Source: Nitrospirota bacterium (GTDB lineage Bacteria > Nitrospirota > UBA9217). From it: a DNA stretch of 64,000 bases. The stretch covers positions 512,001 through 576,000 of the forward strand of contig CAVWHO010000016.1 of the NCBI GenBank assembly GCA_963754875.1, given 5' to 3'. A model generated the notes under the pieces. The model searched no databases. It had not been told where the DNA came from and saw only the letters and a program-made list of their open reading frames with translations. The position numbers and the translations under genes were made by a program. How positions within the stretch are numbered: the stretch's first letter is position 1; every line of letters starts with the position of its first letter. This document shows positions 1-9,974 of the stretch, in pieces.

Positions 1-2
1 GG

Positions 3-1409
3 GTCGTGTTTATTGCAGGCCGTACCAGCAAGTGGCCGTCATTATTCGCCACCGTCCTCAGTGTTGCCGCGTTCGATTTTTTCTTTGTCCCCCCTTACCA
101 TACATTCGCCGTGAGCGATGCAAGATATTTCATTACCTTTATCGTAATGTTCATCGTTTCCTTCGTCATCAGCAGGCTTACGCTCCGGGTCCGTCAACAG
201 GCGGAATCGGCGCGGCTGCGTGAGCGCAGGACCGCTGCTCTGTATAGCTTGAGCCGCGACCTGGTCCGCGAACGGGGAGCGGAGCGGCTGAGTGAACTTG
301 CTGTGAAACATATCGGTGAAGTTTTCGATTGCCAGGTCGTCATTCTCATTCCCTATGATGAAAACCGTCTTACTCCATCCGTCACCGGCGCTTCGTCATT
401 TATCCCCGACCCTCAGGAATTGAGCGTGGCCCAATGGGTTTACGAACATCGCCAGTCCGCCGGGTTGAGTACGGACACCTTGCCCGGAGCCAAAGCCCTG
501 TATTTGCCCCTCGTCGCTTCAAGTGGTCCGGTTGGAGTTATCGGCATCCTTCCGCGAACTGCGGAGAACGCTTTCGAGCCGGAACAATTTCACTATCTCG
601 AGGCTTTTGCGAACCAGACCGCCATAGCAATCGAACGCTCGTATCTGGGCCAGGCGGCCCAAAGCGCTTTGCTGAAAGCGGAAACGGAAAGCCTGCGCAA
701 TACTCTCCTCAGCTCTATTTCTCATGATCTCCGCACACCTTTGTCTGCGATCACCGGGGCCGCGACGACACTGCTCCAGAATGACGTAACAATCGATCAA
801 CAAAACAGAGTGGAGCTTCTCAAAACCATCAAGGAAGAGGCGGAACATCTGAGCCGTATCATTAAGAACGTCCTCGATATGACACGCCTGGAATCGGGGG
901 CAATAAAAATAAATAAAGAATGGCAGCCCCTCGATGAAATCGTGGGTGTCGTCCTCGACCGCTTGGGTGACCGCCTCAAGGACCACCCGGTGACCGTGAA
1001 ACTTCAGGGAAATCTGCCGCTCATTCCCTTCGACGCCCTGCTTCTGGAACAGGTATTCATGAATCTCTTCGACAATGCAATCAAATATTCACCCAAGGGA
1101 GCTCCGCTAGAGCTTTCGGCCTCGGAGTCTTTTTACACGGTTACGGTAGAGCTTGGGGATCATGGTCCGGGCATTCCCGCCGGAGAAGAAGAGCGCATAT
1201 TCGAGAAATTTGTTCGCGGCCGGGGGGCAGGCGGCGGGGTAGGACTCGGACTCGCCATTTGCCGCACGATCATCAACGCCCATGGTGGTAAAATATGGGC
1301 AGAGAACCGCCCGGAAGGCGGCGCGTTAATCCGCTTTACGCTGCCCGCGGCAGGCCTGCCGCCTGCTCCGAGAAACGAGGAAGAGAACTTAATGACGACA
1401 GAAGGATAA
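3..1409 (+). CDS. kdpD: Sensor histidine kinase KdpD (5'-truncated by window edge)
   Basis: KdpD-type TM segment (AFDFFFVPPYHTF), GAF-like region, H-box SISHDLRTPL, HATPase (NLFDNAIKY, DHGPGI, GLGLAIC). Adjacent to a kdpE-like gene. Confidence 0.92.
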   Translation, partial: VVFIAGRTSKWPSLFATVLSVAAFDFFFVPPYHTFAVSDARYFITFIVMFIVSFVISRLTLRVRQQAESARLRERRTAALYSLSRDLVRERGAERLSELAVKHIGEVFDCQVVILIPYDENRLTPSVTGASSFIPDPQELSVAQWVYEHRQSAGLSTDTLPGAKALYLPLVASSGPVGVIGILPRTAENAFEPEQFHYLEAFANQTAIAIERSYLGQAAQSALLKAETESLRNTLLSSISHDLRTPLSAITGAATTLLQNDVTIDQQNRVELLKTIKEEAEHLSRIIKNVLDMTRLESGAIKINKEWQPLDEIVGVVLDRLGDRLKDHPVTVKLQGNLPLIPFDALLLEQVFMNLFDNAIKYSPKGAPLELSASESFYTVTVELGDHGPGIPAGEEERIFEKFVRGRGAGGGVGLGLAICRTIINAHGGKIWAENRPEGGALIRFTLPAAGLPPAPRNEEENLMTTEG

Positions 1410-1521
1410 GTCTTCGAGGTACATTTACAGTTGGGTGCCGCGGTAAAAGTAGTTTTTATTTTTTTGTTCATTGTTTGCTGTTAATAAAAACGCGAAACCT
1501 CTACTCGTTTGCCTGTTAGTG

Positions 1522-2229
1522 ATGCCTGAAGAAAAAGAACTCATACTACTGATTGAAGACGAACCGCAGATGCGGCGCTTCCTGCGGATAACGCTCCAGA
1601 GCCAGAGGTATCGTTTCGTCGAAGCAGCCACGGCCCGGGAAGGCCTCATGCAGGCGACGACACGGAATCCTGATGTCGTGCTCCTCGACCTCGGTCTGCC
1701 GGACCTCGACGGCCTCGAAGTGACCAAACGATTGCGCGAATGGTCGCAAACTCCGATCATCGTCATATCCGCACGCGAGCAGGAGCAGGACAAAGTCAGG
1801 GCGCTCGATGCCGGAGCAGACGATTATCTGACAAAGCCGTTTAGTGCAGGCGAACTGCTCGCGAGAATCCGTGTGGCATTGCGGCATGTGGCAAAACAAA
1901 ACACTGATCAGAACGAACCGGTCTTTACCCTCCGTAATTTGCGGGTAGATCTGGCCCTGCGGCAAGTATTCGTGGCCGATACGGAAGTGCACCTCACGCC
2001 AATTGAGTACAAACTACTGATGGTGCTGGTCCGCCACGCAGGCAAGGTCATTACCCATACGCAGCTGCTGAAGGAAGTATGGGGGCCTGCCCATGTGAAC
2101 GAGGTCCAGTACTTGCGTGTTTACATGACACAACTGAGGCATAAACTGGAAGCGGACCCGGCACGTCCTCAGTTTCTCATGAATGAGCCGGGAATCGGCT
2201 ACCGCTTGAAGTACGAACCTGAGGAGTAA
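1522..2229 (+). CDS. kdpE: OmpR-family response regulator KdpE
   Basis: Receiver domain (LIEDEPQMRRFL, LLDLGLPDLDG, ADDYLTKPF) plus winged helix with KdpE-like YLRVYMTQLRHKLEADPARP. Start placed at ATG 1522. Confidence 0.92.
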   Translation: MPEEKELILLIEDEPQMRRFLRITLQSQRYRFVEAATAREGLMQATTRNPDVVLLDLGLPDLDGLEVTKRLREWSQTPIIVISAREQEQDKVRALDAGADDYLTKPFSAGELLARIRVALRHVAKQNTDQNEPVFTLRNLRVDLALRQVFVADTEVHLTPIEYKLLMVLVRHAGKVITHTQLLKEVWGPAHVNEVQYLRVYMTQLRHKLEADPARPQFLMNEPGIGYRLKYEPEE

Positions 2230-2287
2230 CGCTGGACGCAGACGGGACGGTGCGGGCAGAAACCGGGAATGATCATTTTTTAGACAT

Positions 2288-2310
2288 GTGTATAAAAAAG
2301 TGTCAAAAAT
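2288..2310. promoter_or_regulatory. Putative regulator-binding site (KdpE-box-like or enhancer)
   Basis: GTGTATAAAAAAGTGTCAAAAAT; its reverse complement ATTTTTGACACTTTTTTATACAC resembles the T-rich E. coli KdpE site. Confidence 0.4.
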
Positions 2311-2398
2311 TATCGATAAAAAACAGTGTTCGTACGTTTTATTATGAGCAACAGCAGTAAAATTAGGTTATTACGTATTGAAAACCTAGCTGCTTGCA

Positions 2399-2415
2399 TT
2401 GGCAGGGTCCTTGCT
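2399..2415 (+). promoter_or_regulatory. Sigma54 (-24/-12) promoter
   Basis: TTGGCAGGGTCCTTGCT has GG-N10-GC spacing and is close to consensus YTGGCACGRNNNTTGCW. It lies about 90 bp upstream of the transporter ATG. Confidence 0.65.
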
Positions 2416-2506
2416 TTATAATGGCCCGTCGAACAGCAGCACAAATGAAAGAGGCGGTTGGGCATTCTATTCAACTGCATGAATTCTTCCGCTGAGACCG
2501 TATTAT

Positions 2507-4507
2507 ATGAACCAGCCAACCAAACCCTCAATCGTCAATCGAATCAAGACCATCATCTTCGGCGGTAAGCATGACCTCGATGACACGTCGCTCTTTCACA
2601 AGCTTTCCCTCATCGCTTTCTTCGCATGGGTGGGCCTGGGCGCCGACGGTCTTTCCTCATCCTGCTACGGACCGGAAGAGACCTTTCTCGCCCTCGGTAA
2701 CCATCTGCACCTGAGCATTTTCGTTGCGCTCATGTCCGGCCTCACGGTAATCGTCATCGCAACAAGCTATTCACAGATCATCGAGCTCTTCCCTACGGGC
2801 GGAGGCGGCTACCTCGTAGCAAGCAAGCTGCTCTCACCTACTGCGGGGATGGTGTCGGGCTCGGCGCTCCTGATCGACTATGTTCTCACGATCACCATAT
2901 CAGTGGCCAGCGGTGCGGACGCCCTGTTCAGTTTTCTTCCCCCTGCCTGGCTTGCATACAAGCTTCCCTTCGCCCTCACGGGCGTCCTTCTGCTGACGGT
3001 CATGAACATGCGCGGGGTGAAGGAATCGGTCCTGCCCCTGGTGCCCATCTTCCTCACCTTTGTTTTCACCCACGCCTTTATCATCGGCTATGCGCTGCTC
3101 ACAAACGCCGGACATTTCAGCGAACTGGTCAGCACCACGCGGGCCGAGGTCGCCCGGTCGCACGCGGAGCTCGGCATGGGCGGCATGATCTTCCTGCTCC
3201 TCCGGGCCTACAGCATGGGCGCCGGCACGTACACGGGGATCGAGGCGGTGAGCAACGGCCTCCCGATCCTGCGCGAGCCGAAGGTGCAGACCGGCAAAAG
3301 GACTATGCGGTACATGGCAATCTCCCTCGCCGTCACGGTCATGGGCCTGATCATTTCGTATCTCCTCTTCGGGGCGAAGCCGCACGAGGGGAAAACCCTT
3401 AACGCGGTCCTGTTCGAGACCATGACTCGGGGCTGGGGCAAGGGAGGTACCATCTTCGTGCTTGTTGCACTCCTCTCCGAAGCGGCGCTCCTGTTCATCG
3501 CGGCCCAGGCGGGTTTTCTCGACGGTCCGCGCGTGCTTTCGAACATGGCGCTCGACCGCTGGTTCCCGACCAAATTTTCCATGCTCTCCGATCGCCTCGT
3601 GACGCAGAAAGGGATCCTGATGATGGGCGGCGCGGCCCTCGTCACGATGGTCCTTACCGGAGGTTCGGTGAAGTATCTCGTCGTCCTGTACAGCATCAAC
3701 GTGTTTATCACCTTCTTCCTTTCCCAGCTCGGCATGGTACGTCACTGGTGGACGGAGCGCGGCAAGGAAGTCCACTGGGAGAAAAAACTGTTTATCAACG
3801 GTCTCGGCATGACGTTGACCCTGTTCATCCTCCTGACCGTGATCATTCTCAAGTTCTTCGACGGCGGCTGGATCACCATTCTCCTTACGGGAACGCTGGT
3901 CGGTATCGCGCTCCTGACGCAACGTCATTACCGCAACACTTATCGCATTCTTCACCGGCTTGATGAGCTGGTGAAAGTAGCCGAGGCGTCCTGCCCCACA
4001 CTGCCGGAGGAGCAGAAGCCGGATAAGGAATCGAAGATAAAATACGACCCCCAGAACAAGACCGCCATCCTGCTCGTGAACGGCTTTAACGGACTCGGCC
4101 TCCATACGCTCTTCAGCATCATCCGGCTGTTCGGAGGCACGTTCAAAAACTTTGTCTTCATCCAGGTCGGCGTTGTTGACGCGGGGAACTTCAAGGGTGC
4201 TGACGAGATGTCCCACATGAAGGAAAACGTAAGAAAAGAGCTTGACCGCTATGTGCACTACATGCGGTGCCACGGGTATTATGCGGCAGGCTATTCGTCT
4301 TTCGGCACCGACGTGGTCGAAGAGATCGCCCATCTTACACCCGAGATACTGGAAAAGTTCCCCAACGCGATCCTCTTCGGCGGTCAGCTCGTATTTCCCA
4401 GGACGACGTTCCTGTCCGGTATGTTTCACAACTATACGATTTTCGCCGTTCAGAGACGTTTTTATAATGAAGGGATCCCCGTCGTCATCCTCCCGATCCG
4501 GGTATAG
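2507..4507 (+). CDS. APC-superfamily transporter, KimA/YdaO-like K+ uptake protein
   Basis: About 12 TM helices; motifs ADGLSSSCYGPEE, PTGGGGY, LIDYVLT, YTGIEAVSNG match the KimA family; C-terminal cytoplasmic domain. Confidence 0.8.
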   Translation: MNQPTKPSIVNRIKTIIFGGKHDLDDTSLFHKLSLIAFFAWVGLGADGLSSSCYGPEETFLALGNHLHLSIFVALMSGLTVIVIATSYSQIIELFPTGGGGYLVASKLLSPTAGMVSGSALLIDYVLTITISVASGADALFSFLPPAWLAYKLPFALTGVLLLTVMNMRGVKESVLPLVPIFLTFVFTHAFIIGYALLTNAGHFSELVSTTRAEVARSHAELGMGGMIFLLLRAYSMGAGTYTGIEAVSNGLPILREPKVQTGKRTMRYMAISLAVTVMGLIISYLLFGAKPHEGKTLNAVLFETMTRGWGKGGTIFVLVALLSEAALLFIAAQAGFLDGPRVLSNMALDRWFPTKFSMLSDRLVTQKGILMMGGAALVTMVLTGGSVKYLVVLYSINVFITFFLSQLGMVRHWWTERGKEVHWEKKLFINGLGMTLTLFILLTVIILKFFDGGWITILLTGTLVGIALLTQRHYRNTYRILHRLDELVKVAEASCPTLPEEQKPDKESKIKYDPQNKTAILLVNGFNGLGLHTLFSIIRLFGGTFKNFVFIQVGVVDAGNFKGADEMSHMKENVRKELDRYVHYMRCHGYYAAGYSSFGTDVVEEIAHLTPEILEKFPNAILFGGQLVFPRTTFLSGMFHNYTIFAVQRRFYNEGIPVVILPIRV

Positions 4508-4802
4508 TTTTACTGGGACGGAATGCCGTACGCGCCCTCGGGGCGGCCTTTCTCCGGGCTCTTTTTCATTGACCCCTTGACGCCCCCGGTATAGTATTGT
4601 TCCATGATGTTCTTCCTCCCAGTCTTCATAACAAATTTCTGGTTTTCGGCGCAGGAAACGAGGACAAACTTGAAGAGCGAACCGCTGGCTGTTGCCGAGA
4701 GAGACTATAAGAAGGGAACCGCTCGGTCACGGCCACGCTTCTCGGCACTGTCCGGCCCACGCTCCTGGAGAAATTGAAAAAGTACGGAATTGAGGATCAG
4801 GC

Positions 4803-5567
4803 ATGAAGAAACGAACATTGACGTCGCTCGGCAGTATTTTGCTGTTTTTGCTTCTCGACATCGCTCCTGTATCTGCACACCCTGTTGCGGAAGGGCCCGG
4901 CACCCCGGTCATCGAACACGGGCCGAGAAGCTCGAAGATGGTGGCCCTGACGTTCGACGCCTGCCCGACAAGACGTGCGGACGAATATGATGAAGGAGTG
5001 GTCGGGGTCCTGCTCCGTGAAAACGTGCCTGCCACGCTGTTCATGAGCGGCCGGTGGGTGGAAAAAAATCAGGACAAGGCGAAGTTCCTCGCAGACCATC
5101 CGCAGTTCGAGATTGCGGCCCACAGCTACTACCACCCGCACCTGCTTGAGAAAGACAACGACCGGGTCCTCCGAGAGATGAAGCGGACGCAGGCGATTAT
5201 CAAGAAGGCGACCGGCAGAACGCCGAAATATTTCCGGCCGCCGTTCGGCGAAGTGGACGAACGCGTGGCAGCGATAGCGAAAGCAGCGGGGCTGACGACC
5301 ATACAGTACGATATTGCTTCAGGCGACCCCGATCCCGGGCTTTCTCCGCAGAGGATCGTGCGGGTTGTGGTCCGCGAAGCAAAAGGCGGCAGCATCATCG
5401 TGTTTCACATGAACCGGAACGGCGTGCACACTGCAGAAATTCTGCCGGAGGTCATTCGGCAGTTGCGCCAGAAAGGATTTGTGCTGGTCACGGTCGGAGA
5501 GATGCTGAAGGAAGCCAAAGGTGATGTGAGAACCACGGGAACGCGGAGTCACGGAGAAAAATCGTGA
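4803..5567 (+). CDS. Polysaccharide deacetylase (CE4/NodB), exported
   Basis: Signal peptide; ALTFDA, HSYYHP, FRPPFG, IIVFH motifs. Confidence 0.9.
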   Translation: MKKRTLTSLGSILLFLLLDIAPVSAHPVAEGPGTPVIEHGPRSSKMVALTFDACPTRRADEYDEGVVGVLLRENVPATLFMSGRWVEKNQDKAKFLADHPQFEIAAHSYYHPHLLEKDNDRVLREMKRTQAIIKKATGRTPKYFRPPFGEVDERVAAIAKAAGLTTIQYDIASGDPDPGLSPQRIVRVVVREAKGGSIIVFHMNRNGVHTAEILPEVIRQLRQKGFVLVTVGEMLKEAKGDVRTTGTRSHGEKS

Positions 5568-5654
5568 GTCGGAGCCGGGGTGAATGGAAAACCGGAGAAG
5601 GAGCACCGCCTGTTAGCCACTTCCCCGGTTCCCTAAAACTTTTTCTCGCGGTCG

Positions 5655-6134
5655 TTATTTCACGAGACCGGCCCGGTATGAATCGAGCCACCGAATATGG
5701 CTCTTTTCTTCGTTGATGACCTCATCAACGACGCCTTTTTCTTTCACGATCGACCTGAGCTCCATGAAGTAGAGCAGCGTCTCTTTTTCAAACCCGATCG
5801 CGAACTTCACAGCGTCGTTCACCGTCCTCAGGTGCTCCAGGGTAGGAAGCGCCTTGCCCTTGCCGAGGAAGAACTCCGATTCCACAAAGGCGCGCATGTA
5901 ATTGCTCACCTCTTCCCACTGGACCGGTTCGCTCACGCCGCTCTTCGCAACTGAGTCCCTCAGTCCGGTAAAGGTCTTCTCGTGATTTTTTTCCTTGCTG
6001 GCCAGCGTGGTGAAGAGCTTGGCCAGGCCGTCATCTTTCTTGAATTTCTCCGCCATGCTGGTATAAAACTGAAACCCGAGCTTTTCCGCCTGGACCGCCA
6101 TCTCCATGACTTCGTCGATCGAATACTTGCCCAT
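5655..6134 (-). CDS. Ferritin-like/rubrerythrin-family protein
   Basis: AVQAEKLGFQFY, EKNH, FEKETLLYF, EEKSH di-iron pattern; RBS before ATG 6134. Confidence 0.85.
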   Translation of the reverse strand: MGKYSIDEVMEMAVQAEKLGFQFYTSMAEKFKKDDGLAKLFTTLASKEKNHEKTFTGLRDSVAKSGVSEPVQWEEVSNYMRAFVESEFFLGKGKALPTLEHLRTVNDAVKFAIGFEKETLLYFMELRSIVKEKGVVDEVINEEKSHIRWLDSYRAGLVK

Positions 6135-6389
6135 GATTATCTCCCTTGCGAACGCAGAATGTAGGTGGAATGATTTGGCGAAGGTAATTCGCCGCGCGCT
6201 ACTGTTAAAAAGATAGCCTGTTCTGCACCACGTGTCAACCCCTCTTGTCATTTCATTTTTTAGATGTAACCACTGGCGACGTTGTCGCACACGGTACGGA
6301 CAAATCGAAGAAACGGGCTTATGATTTTTGCGTTTTTCTGTGTGTTCTGCGAAGCAGAACCCGTGGTTACAGCAGCGGTTGTCTTGCGC

Positions 6390-7214
6390 TTATTCGAAAT
6401 CGAACTGCATCATCGCTATCGCGCCTTCTTTGGACGGTTCGATAAACACCAGGGCGTGCCGCGGATTGTCAAGACCGAGAAAGGCATCGGTCAAAAACAC
6501 TCCGAAGAAGTGGCCGATGGCGATCCCGGCAAGCACGTCGGAAGGATAATGCTTATCAGCCTCGACCCGGGCCCAGGCAGTTGCTGCGGTCAAGGCGCCG
6601 AGTCCGATCTGGGCCGCAGTCGTCTCACCCGCTGACCAGGAAAGCGCTTCGATATTCCGGGATGCGGCAGTCGCGAAAAATGCAGCGCCGGCACTATGTC
6701 CCGACGGGAAACTCTGGTTATCGGAACCGTCCGGCCGTCTTCGGTGCGCCGTGTTTTTAAGGACCTCAACCGTTCCGAGCGTCACCGCACCCGCTGCGCC
6801 CTCGACACCGAACCCTTTGGACTTCGCTTCGAGCCAGTCCGCGCTGCCATCGCCGCTCGGCGCAGCCACTCCTGATGCGGCCCAGACAGCACCTGAGGCA
6901 TCGAGCAAGGCGTTGCTCATCTGGTCTGCATTGTGCTGGGACCCGAACACAGGCGTATGTCTCGAAGCCGACTCGGATACGTTCTTGTCCGCGTGATCCG
7001 CCTGGAAGGCAAGTGCAGCCGCAGCCGGCGCCCACGTCTCAGGAGCAGCAGCCGCATTCCACGCTGCCTGCCTGATGCGGTCCCAGCCCGGCGACAACGT
7101 CGCGTCCTGTCCCCATCCGCGGCCGTTCGAAAGCGTTCCGCAGGCGGGAAGGAAGCTTGAAAAAAATACAACTAGTATAAAAACTCTTGTAGAGAAGAAA
7201 TTTTTTTTTGGCAC
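6390..7214 (-). CDS. PAP2-family phosphatase, possible lipoprotein
   Basis: K-x6-RP (KNTAHRRRP), SFPSGH, ARVEADKHYPSDV; lipobox-like LPAC. GTG start is inferred. Confidence 0.85.
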   Translation of the reverse strand: MPKKNFFSTRVFILVVFFSSFLPACGTLSNGRGWGQDATLSPGWDRIRQAAWNAAAAPETWAPAAAALAFQADHADKNVSESASRHTPVFGSQHNADQMSNALLDASGAVWAASGVAAPSGDGSADWLEAKSKGFGVEGAAGAVTLGTVEVLKNTAHRRRPDGSDNQSFPSGHSAGAAFFATAASRNIEALSWSAGETTAAQIGLGALTAATAWARVEADKHYPSDVLAGIAIGHFFGVFLTDAFLGLDNPRHALVFIEPSKEGAIAMMQFDFE

Positions 7215-7357
7215 CGGAACGAGTCCCCCGCGGATAGATGTCTGCTTTTGATACGGCCAACTATAACATAAATCGAAGGCCTCATACAGCATTTTTCAAA
7301 GGGAGGTTATGGTGAGGTGAGACAGACTGTAGGGAAAAGACAATCTTGCGAAGGCCG

Positions 7358-8530
7358 TCAGTGCCGTAGGTGCGCGTCTTCTCCCTTCATTTTTTCGAAG
7401 GCTCCTACGACGAAGGGCACAAGCAGGATAAGTCCGGCCAGTGCAGTAACGCCGCTCCACCCGCTCCTGACAAAAGCCGCGCCGCTCAGCGTGATGCCGA
7501 TCGCTCCGCCTAAATAGTAGAACAGGACGTACAGGGAATTCGCGCGGCCTTGTCCGGAAGTCAGGGTCCTATTGAGCGAACCGACCGCAGCAGCGTGAAT
7601 CATGAAAAAGCCCGCGCAGATCCCTGCAAGACTGACTGCGATGATGGGGAGGGACGCGATGAGTGTTAAGGCGAGGAAGAGCGAGAAAATCACGGCGCCG
7701 AGCGCCAGGGTCGTTCCGTTTCCGATCCGGTTGCTGATTTTTCCTGTTAAAGGACCGATTGCGATCCCGATGATGTAGGCGAGGTACATCATCGTGATCA
7801 CTTGAACAGGGGCGTGAAACTCCGGTCCGGCGAGGTAGAACGGCAGGAAGTTGAAGATTGACGAGAACGAGAAAAAGGCGCTGAACGCGACCAGGTACAT
7901 CCGGAGCAGTTCTTTTCGCATGAGCAGCTTCAAAAAACTGACGGGTCGGGCTTCCTGTTTAGGAGCAGGTGACTCGGAAGGAAGCGCGTAGATCGCAAAG
8001 AAGGTCGCAGTAAGAAGCAGGAGCGAGGCGCTCACGAACGCGTATCGCCAATGCAAGGGAGGATGTATCCACCCGCCGAGAAGCCGGCCAGCCAGTCCCC
8101 CGGCCACGGTCGCAGAAACGTATGAACCCATGACCGTGTTCAGGCGTTCTCGGGGAAGGCTCCTTGCGAGATAGGCAGCGAGGCAGGTCGTAAGCGCGGG
8201 GATGAAAAGACCCTGGATGAAGCGTACAGCGATCAAGAGCCAGAGATTGGTGATCACGGCGCATAATAAGCCGCACAGGCTGACGACGATACCGCCGATA
8301 AGGATGATGGGCTTGATCGCGTAGCGGTCTGCAAGCATGCCGAAAGGGAGATTGGCAAGAGCGATGCCGAGAATGACCGACGAGATGGTAAGCGAGGTCC
8401 TGGTCTCTTCAGCTCCGAATTCTTTCTGCAGTACCGGCAGAACGGGCTGGGTGATATAGATGTTGGCAAAGCCCGCCATGACCAGGAAGAAAACCAGGAA
8501 TTGCAGATTTAGGGATCCGGAATTTTTCAT
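7358..8530 (-). CDS. MFS transporter (YnfM-like)
   Basis: About 12 TM; GMLADRYAIK motif A; IYITQPVLP and ANSLYVLFYYLGG. Confidence 0.85.
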   Translation of the reverse strand: MKNSGSLNLQFLVFFLVMAGFANIYITQPVLPVLQKEFGAEETRTSLTISSVILGIALANLPFGMLADRYAIKPIILIGGIVVSLCGLLCAVITNLWLLIAVRFIQGLFIPALTTCLAAYLARSLPRERLNTVMGSYVSATVAGGLAGRLLGGWIHPPLHWRYAFVSASLLLLTATFFAIYALPSESPAPKQEARPVSFLKLLMRKELLRMYLVAFSAFFSFSSIFNFLPFYLAGPEFHAPVQVITMMYLAYIIGIAIGPLTGKISNRIGNGTTLALGAVIFSLFLALTLIASLPIIAVSLAGICAGFFMIHAAAVGSLNRTLTSGQGRANSLYVLFYYLGGAIGITLSGAAFVRSGWSGVTALAGLILLVPFVVGAFEKMKGEDAHLRH

Positions 8531-8762
8531 GGGCTAGGGTTCGCTTTCCGGCGGAGGGAGCTTTCAGAGACGCCTCAGACCAATGAAGCGTGGAATGCAA
8601 AATGATAAAATATCCCACGCAAGGGCGCAAAGGAGAACTTTACGTCTTGATCTTGATTTAAAAAGAACGAATTGTTTAGCCTCTCCTTGCGAGGTTGGCG
8701 TTGCGCGAAAATGCTTTGATCTTGATTTGGCTCCAATAATAATTGCAGTGATTCGGGGACTA

Positions 8763-9713
8763 TCAGGACGACCGGACCGTGGACCTGCGCAGCTCAACGT
8801 AATGCGCAGCAGCCAGCGCACCTATGCATCCGTCGGCAGCCGCAACCACGATCTGGTTGGCAAACTTCTGACGCACGTCACCCACAGCAAAGATCCCCGG
8901 AACGCTCGTCTCGCATTTCTCATCGGTAATCACAAAACCCAGGTCGTTTATCCGGACCGCCGAAGGGATCAACTGATTGTTCGGAGAATAACCGATAAAA
9001 ATAAAAACTCCATTCGTGGGAAGGTCTCTCCGCGCTCCCGTTTCAATATTTTTCAGCGAAACCCCCTCAACCACTTTCCCGTTTCCCTTGATTTCCGTAA
9101 TGATCGTGTTCCAGATCACTTCTATTCCGTGCTCAGCGGTGAGCCGGGACTGGAGCAGCTTGTTCGCCCTAAACGTATTTCTCCGGTGCACGAGAAAGAC
9201 TTTTTTTGCAAGACGCGAAAGATACAGCGACTCCTCCACGGCAGTGTCGCCGCCTCCCACGACAACGACGGTCTTGTCCCTGAAAAAAAAACCGTCACAG
9301 GTGCCGCAATAGGAAACACCGCTTCCCAAATATTCCGCTTCGCCGGGAATGCCGAGCTTTCGCGCGGTCCCGCCCAATGCCAGGATCAGTGCAACGGTCT
9401 GCAGCAGCTCTCCGTTCACCAGCCGGACCGAATGAAGATCCGGGCCTGCGTTTACCGAGGCAACTTCCTGCTGGACAATGTTCAGGCCGAACGTCTGGAC
9501 GTGATGGACCAGCTTCTCCGCCAGGTCAAATCCGGTTATGCCTTCCATCCCTGGATAGTTTTCCACGTCCTTTGATATGGCAATCTGTCCGCCCAGCAGT
9601 CCTTTCTCTAAAAGGATTGTTTTCAGCGCGGCCCTTTTACAATAGAGCCCCGCGGCCAGACCGGCAGGTCCTCCGCCTACAATGATGACCTCGTTAATTT
9701 CCCGGTTCGCCAT
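8763..9713 (-). CDS. trxB: Thioredoxin-disulfide reductase
   Basis: GGGPAG, VENYPG, GVSYCGTCDG, VGGGDTAVEE, HRR, GIFAVGDV. Confidence 0.93.
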   Translation of the reverse strand: MANREINEVIIVGGGPAGLAAGLYCKRAALKTILLEKGLLGGQIAISKDVENYPGMEGITGFDLAEKLVHHVQTFGLNIVQQEVASVNAGPDLHSVRLVNGELLQTVALILALGGTARKLGIPGEAEYLGSGVSYCGTCDGFFFRDKTVVVVGGGDTAVEESLYLSRLAKKVFLVHRRNTFRANKLLQSRLTAEHGIEVIWNTIITEIKGNGKVVEGVSLKNIETGARRDLPTNGVFIFIGYSPNNQLIPSAVRINDLGFVITDEKCETSVPGIFAVGDVRQKFANQIVVAAADGCIGALAAAHYVELRRSTVRSS

Positions 9714-9974
9714 GACACCTCTCCGAATTATCAGAAGAACTTGCACTTCGAGAGCAACTATCAGCACTCAGGCCCAAGTTTTTTCGGCCATAGTTCTATT
9801 GTACCAAAAGTGGAGCCGGCATGAGCAGCGAGAGCGGCAGAAAGAACCGTGAAGCCCGGGCGATGAATCCCTCGGTCGGAAGTTATCGTTTAACCACCTG
9901 TTTTCTAATAACTTGACTCCCGTTTCCATACCGGGTAATATGTCTTTTTCCCGGGGAATTTTCCCCTTGCCTAC

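Noticed and set aside
2230..2506. c-di-AMP (ydaO) riboswitch upstream of the KimA-like gene
   Set aside because: No recognisable ydaO consensus; the region is AT-rich and promoter-like.
2900..4429. 509-aa minus-strand ORF
   Set aside because: Antisense shadow of the APC transporter; no motifs.
8583..9575. 330-aa plus-strand ORF
   Set aside because: Antisense shadow of trxB.
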